From: Squalus acanthias
Lineage: Eukaryota
DNA: 64,000 nucleotides
Direction of reading: 5' to 3'
Assembly (NCBI GenBank): GCA_030390025.1
Contig: CM059437.1
Coordinates: 77,874,001 to 77,938,000 of the forward strand
A program made the position numbers and the translations under genes. Under the pieces are notes generated by a model. That model ran no database searches, was not told where the DNA came from, and saw only the letters and a program-made list of their open reading frames with translations. Positions 63,561-64,000 of the stretch are shown piece by piece; positions within the stretch are counted from its first letter, which is position 1, and each line of letters opens with the position of its first letter.

Positions 63561-64000
63561 GGACAATTCATCAAGTCCTCTTTCTGAGGGAAATATTTTC
63601 CTCTCTTTCACTCTCCCACCAAGAATGCACTCCTTCTTCACTGTATCAGCCACAATATTACTTGTAAATGTTTGTTTGTGGCCCATCTGTTTCTATACTC
63701 CCGACATACAGAATTTCTATGGGAACCCCGTCATAGTCATCCAATGTTTATTGTATTTTAATAAACTATTTTTTGATTGTAATGCAGCTTTTTCAACATT
63801 TATAAATATAACCCATTCAGTTACAGTTTTGTACTTGCAGATAGTAACAGAAATGCAGGTCACTATTTAAATAAGTTCGATAGTCCTTTACATTTTTCAG
63901 TTGTTCATTCCCCATTTTTGTTTTAGTTTAAGAGGATTTTCCTCCTCCGGTACCATTCACTGGCAAAGAAAACAACCTTTTGCCAGTTGCCCTCTGCACC

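Noticed and set aside
1..64000. Prokaryotic features such as CRISPR arrays or operons
   Set aside because: The sequence is vertebrate intronic DNA, and no repeat-spacer array was seen.

Overview
Vertebrate nuclear DNA, very probably from a shark or ray, judging by its HE1/V-SINE-like and Deu-domain (SacSINE1-like) SINEs and abundant CR1 LINEs. The window appears to lie inside a large-intron, + strand EMID1-like (EMI-domain/collagen) gene. Only two coding exons were identified (39763-39824 and 42637-42781); the first appears in the ORF track only as the tail of an ORF, and the second is absent from it. The rest is intron packed with mobile DNA: a nearly intact CR1 LINE (esterase ORF1, APE-RT ORF2), a PIF/Harbinger element with convergent transposase and spliced Myb/SANT genes plus derivatives and MITEs, an RTE fragment, hAT and pogo-type MITEs, and two families of Penelope-like elements (PLEs). 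The PLE terminal repeats contain minimal hammerhead ribozyme motifs and are bounded by 12-16 bp target-site duplications. Most short ORFs in the track are TE-derived or spurious. Family names come from recalled motifs, not database searches, and repeat boundaries are approximate unless TIRs or TSDs are quoted.
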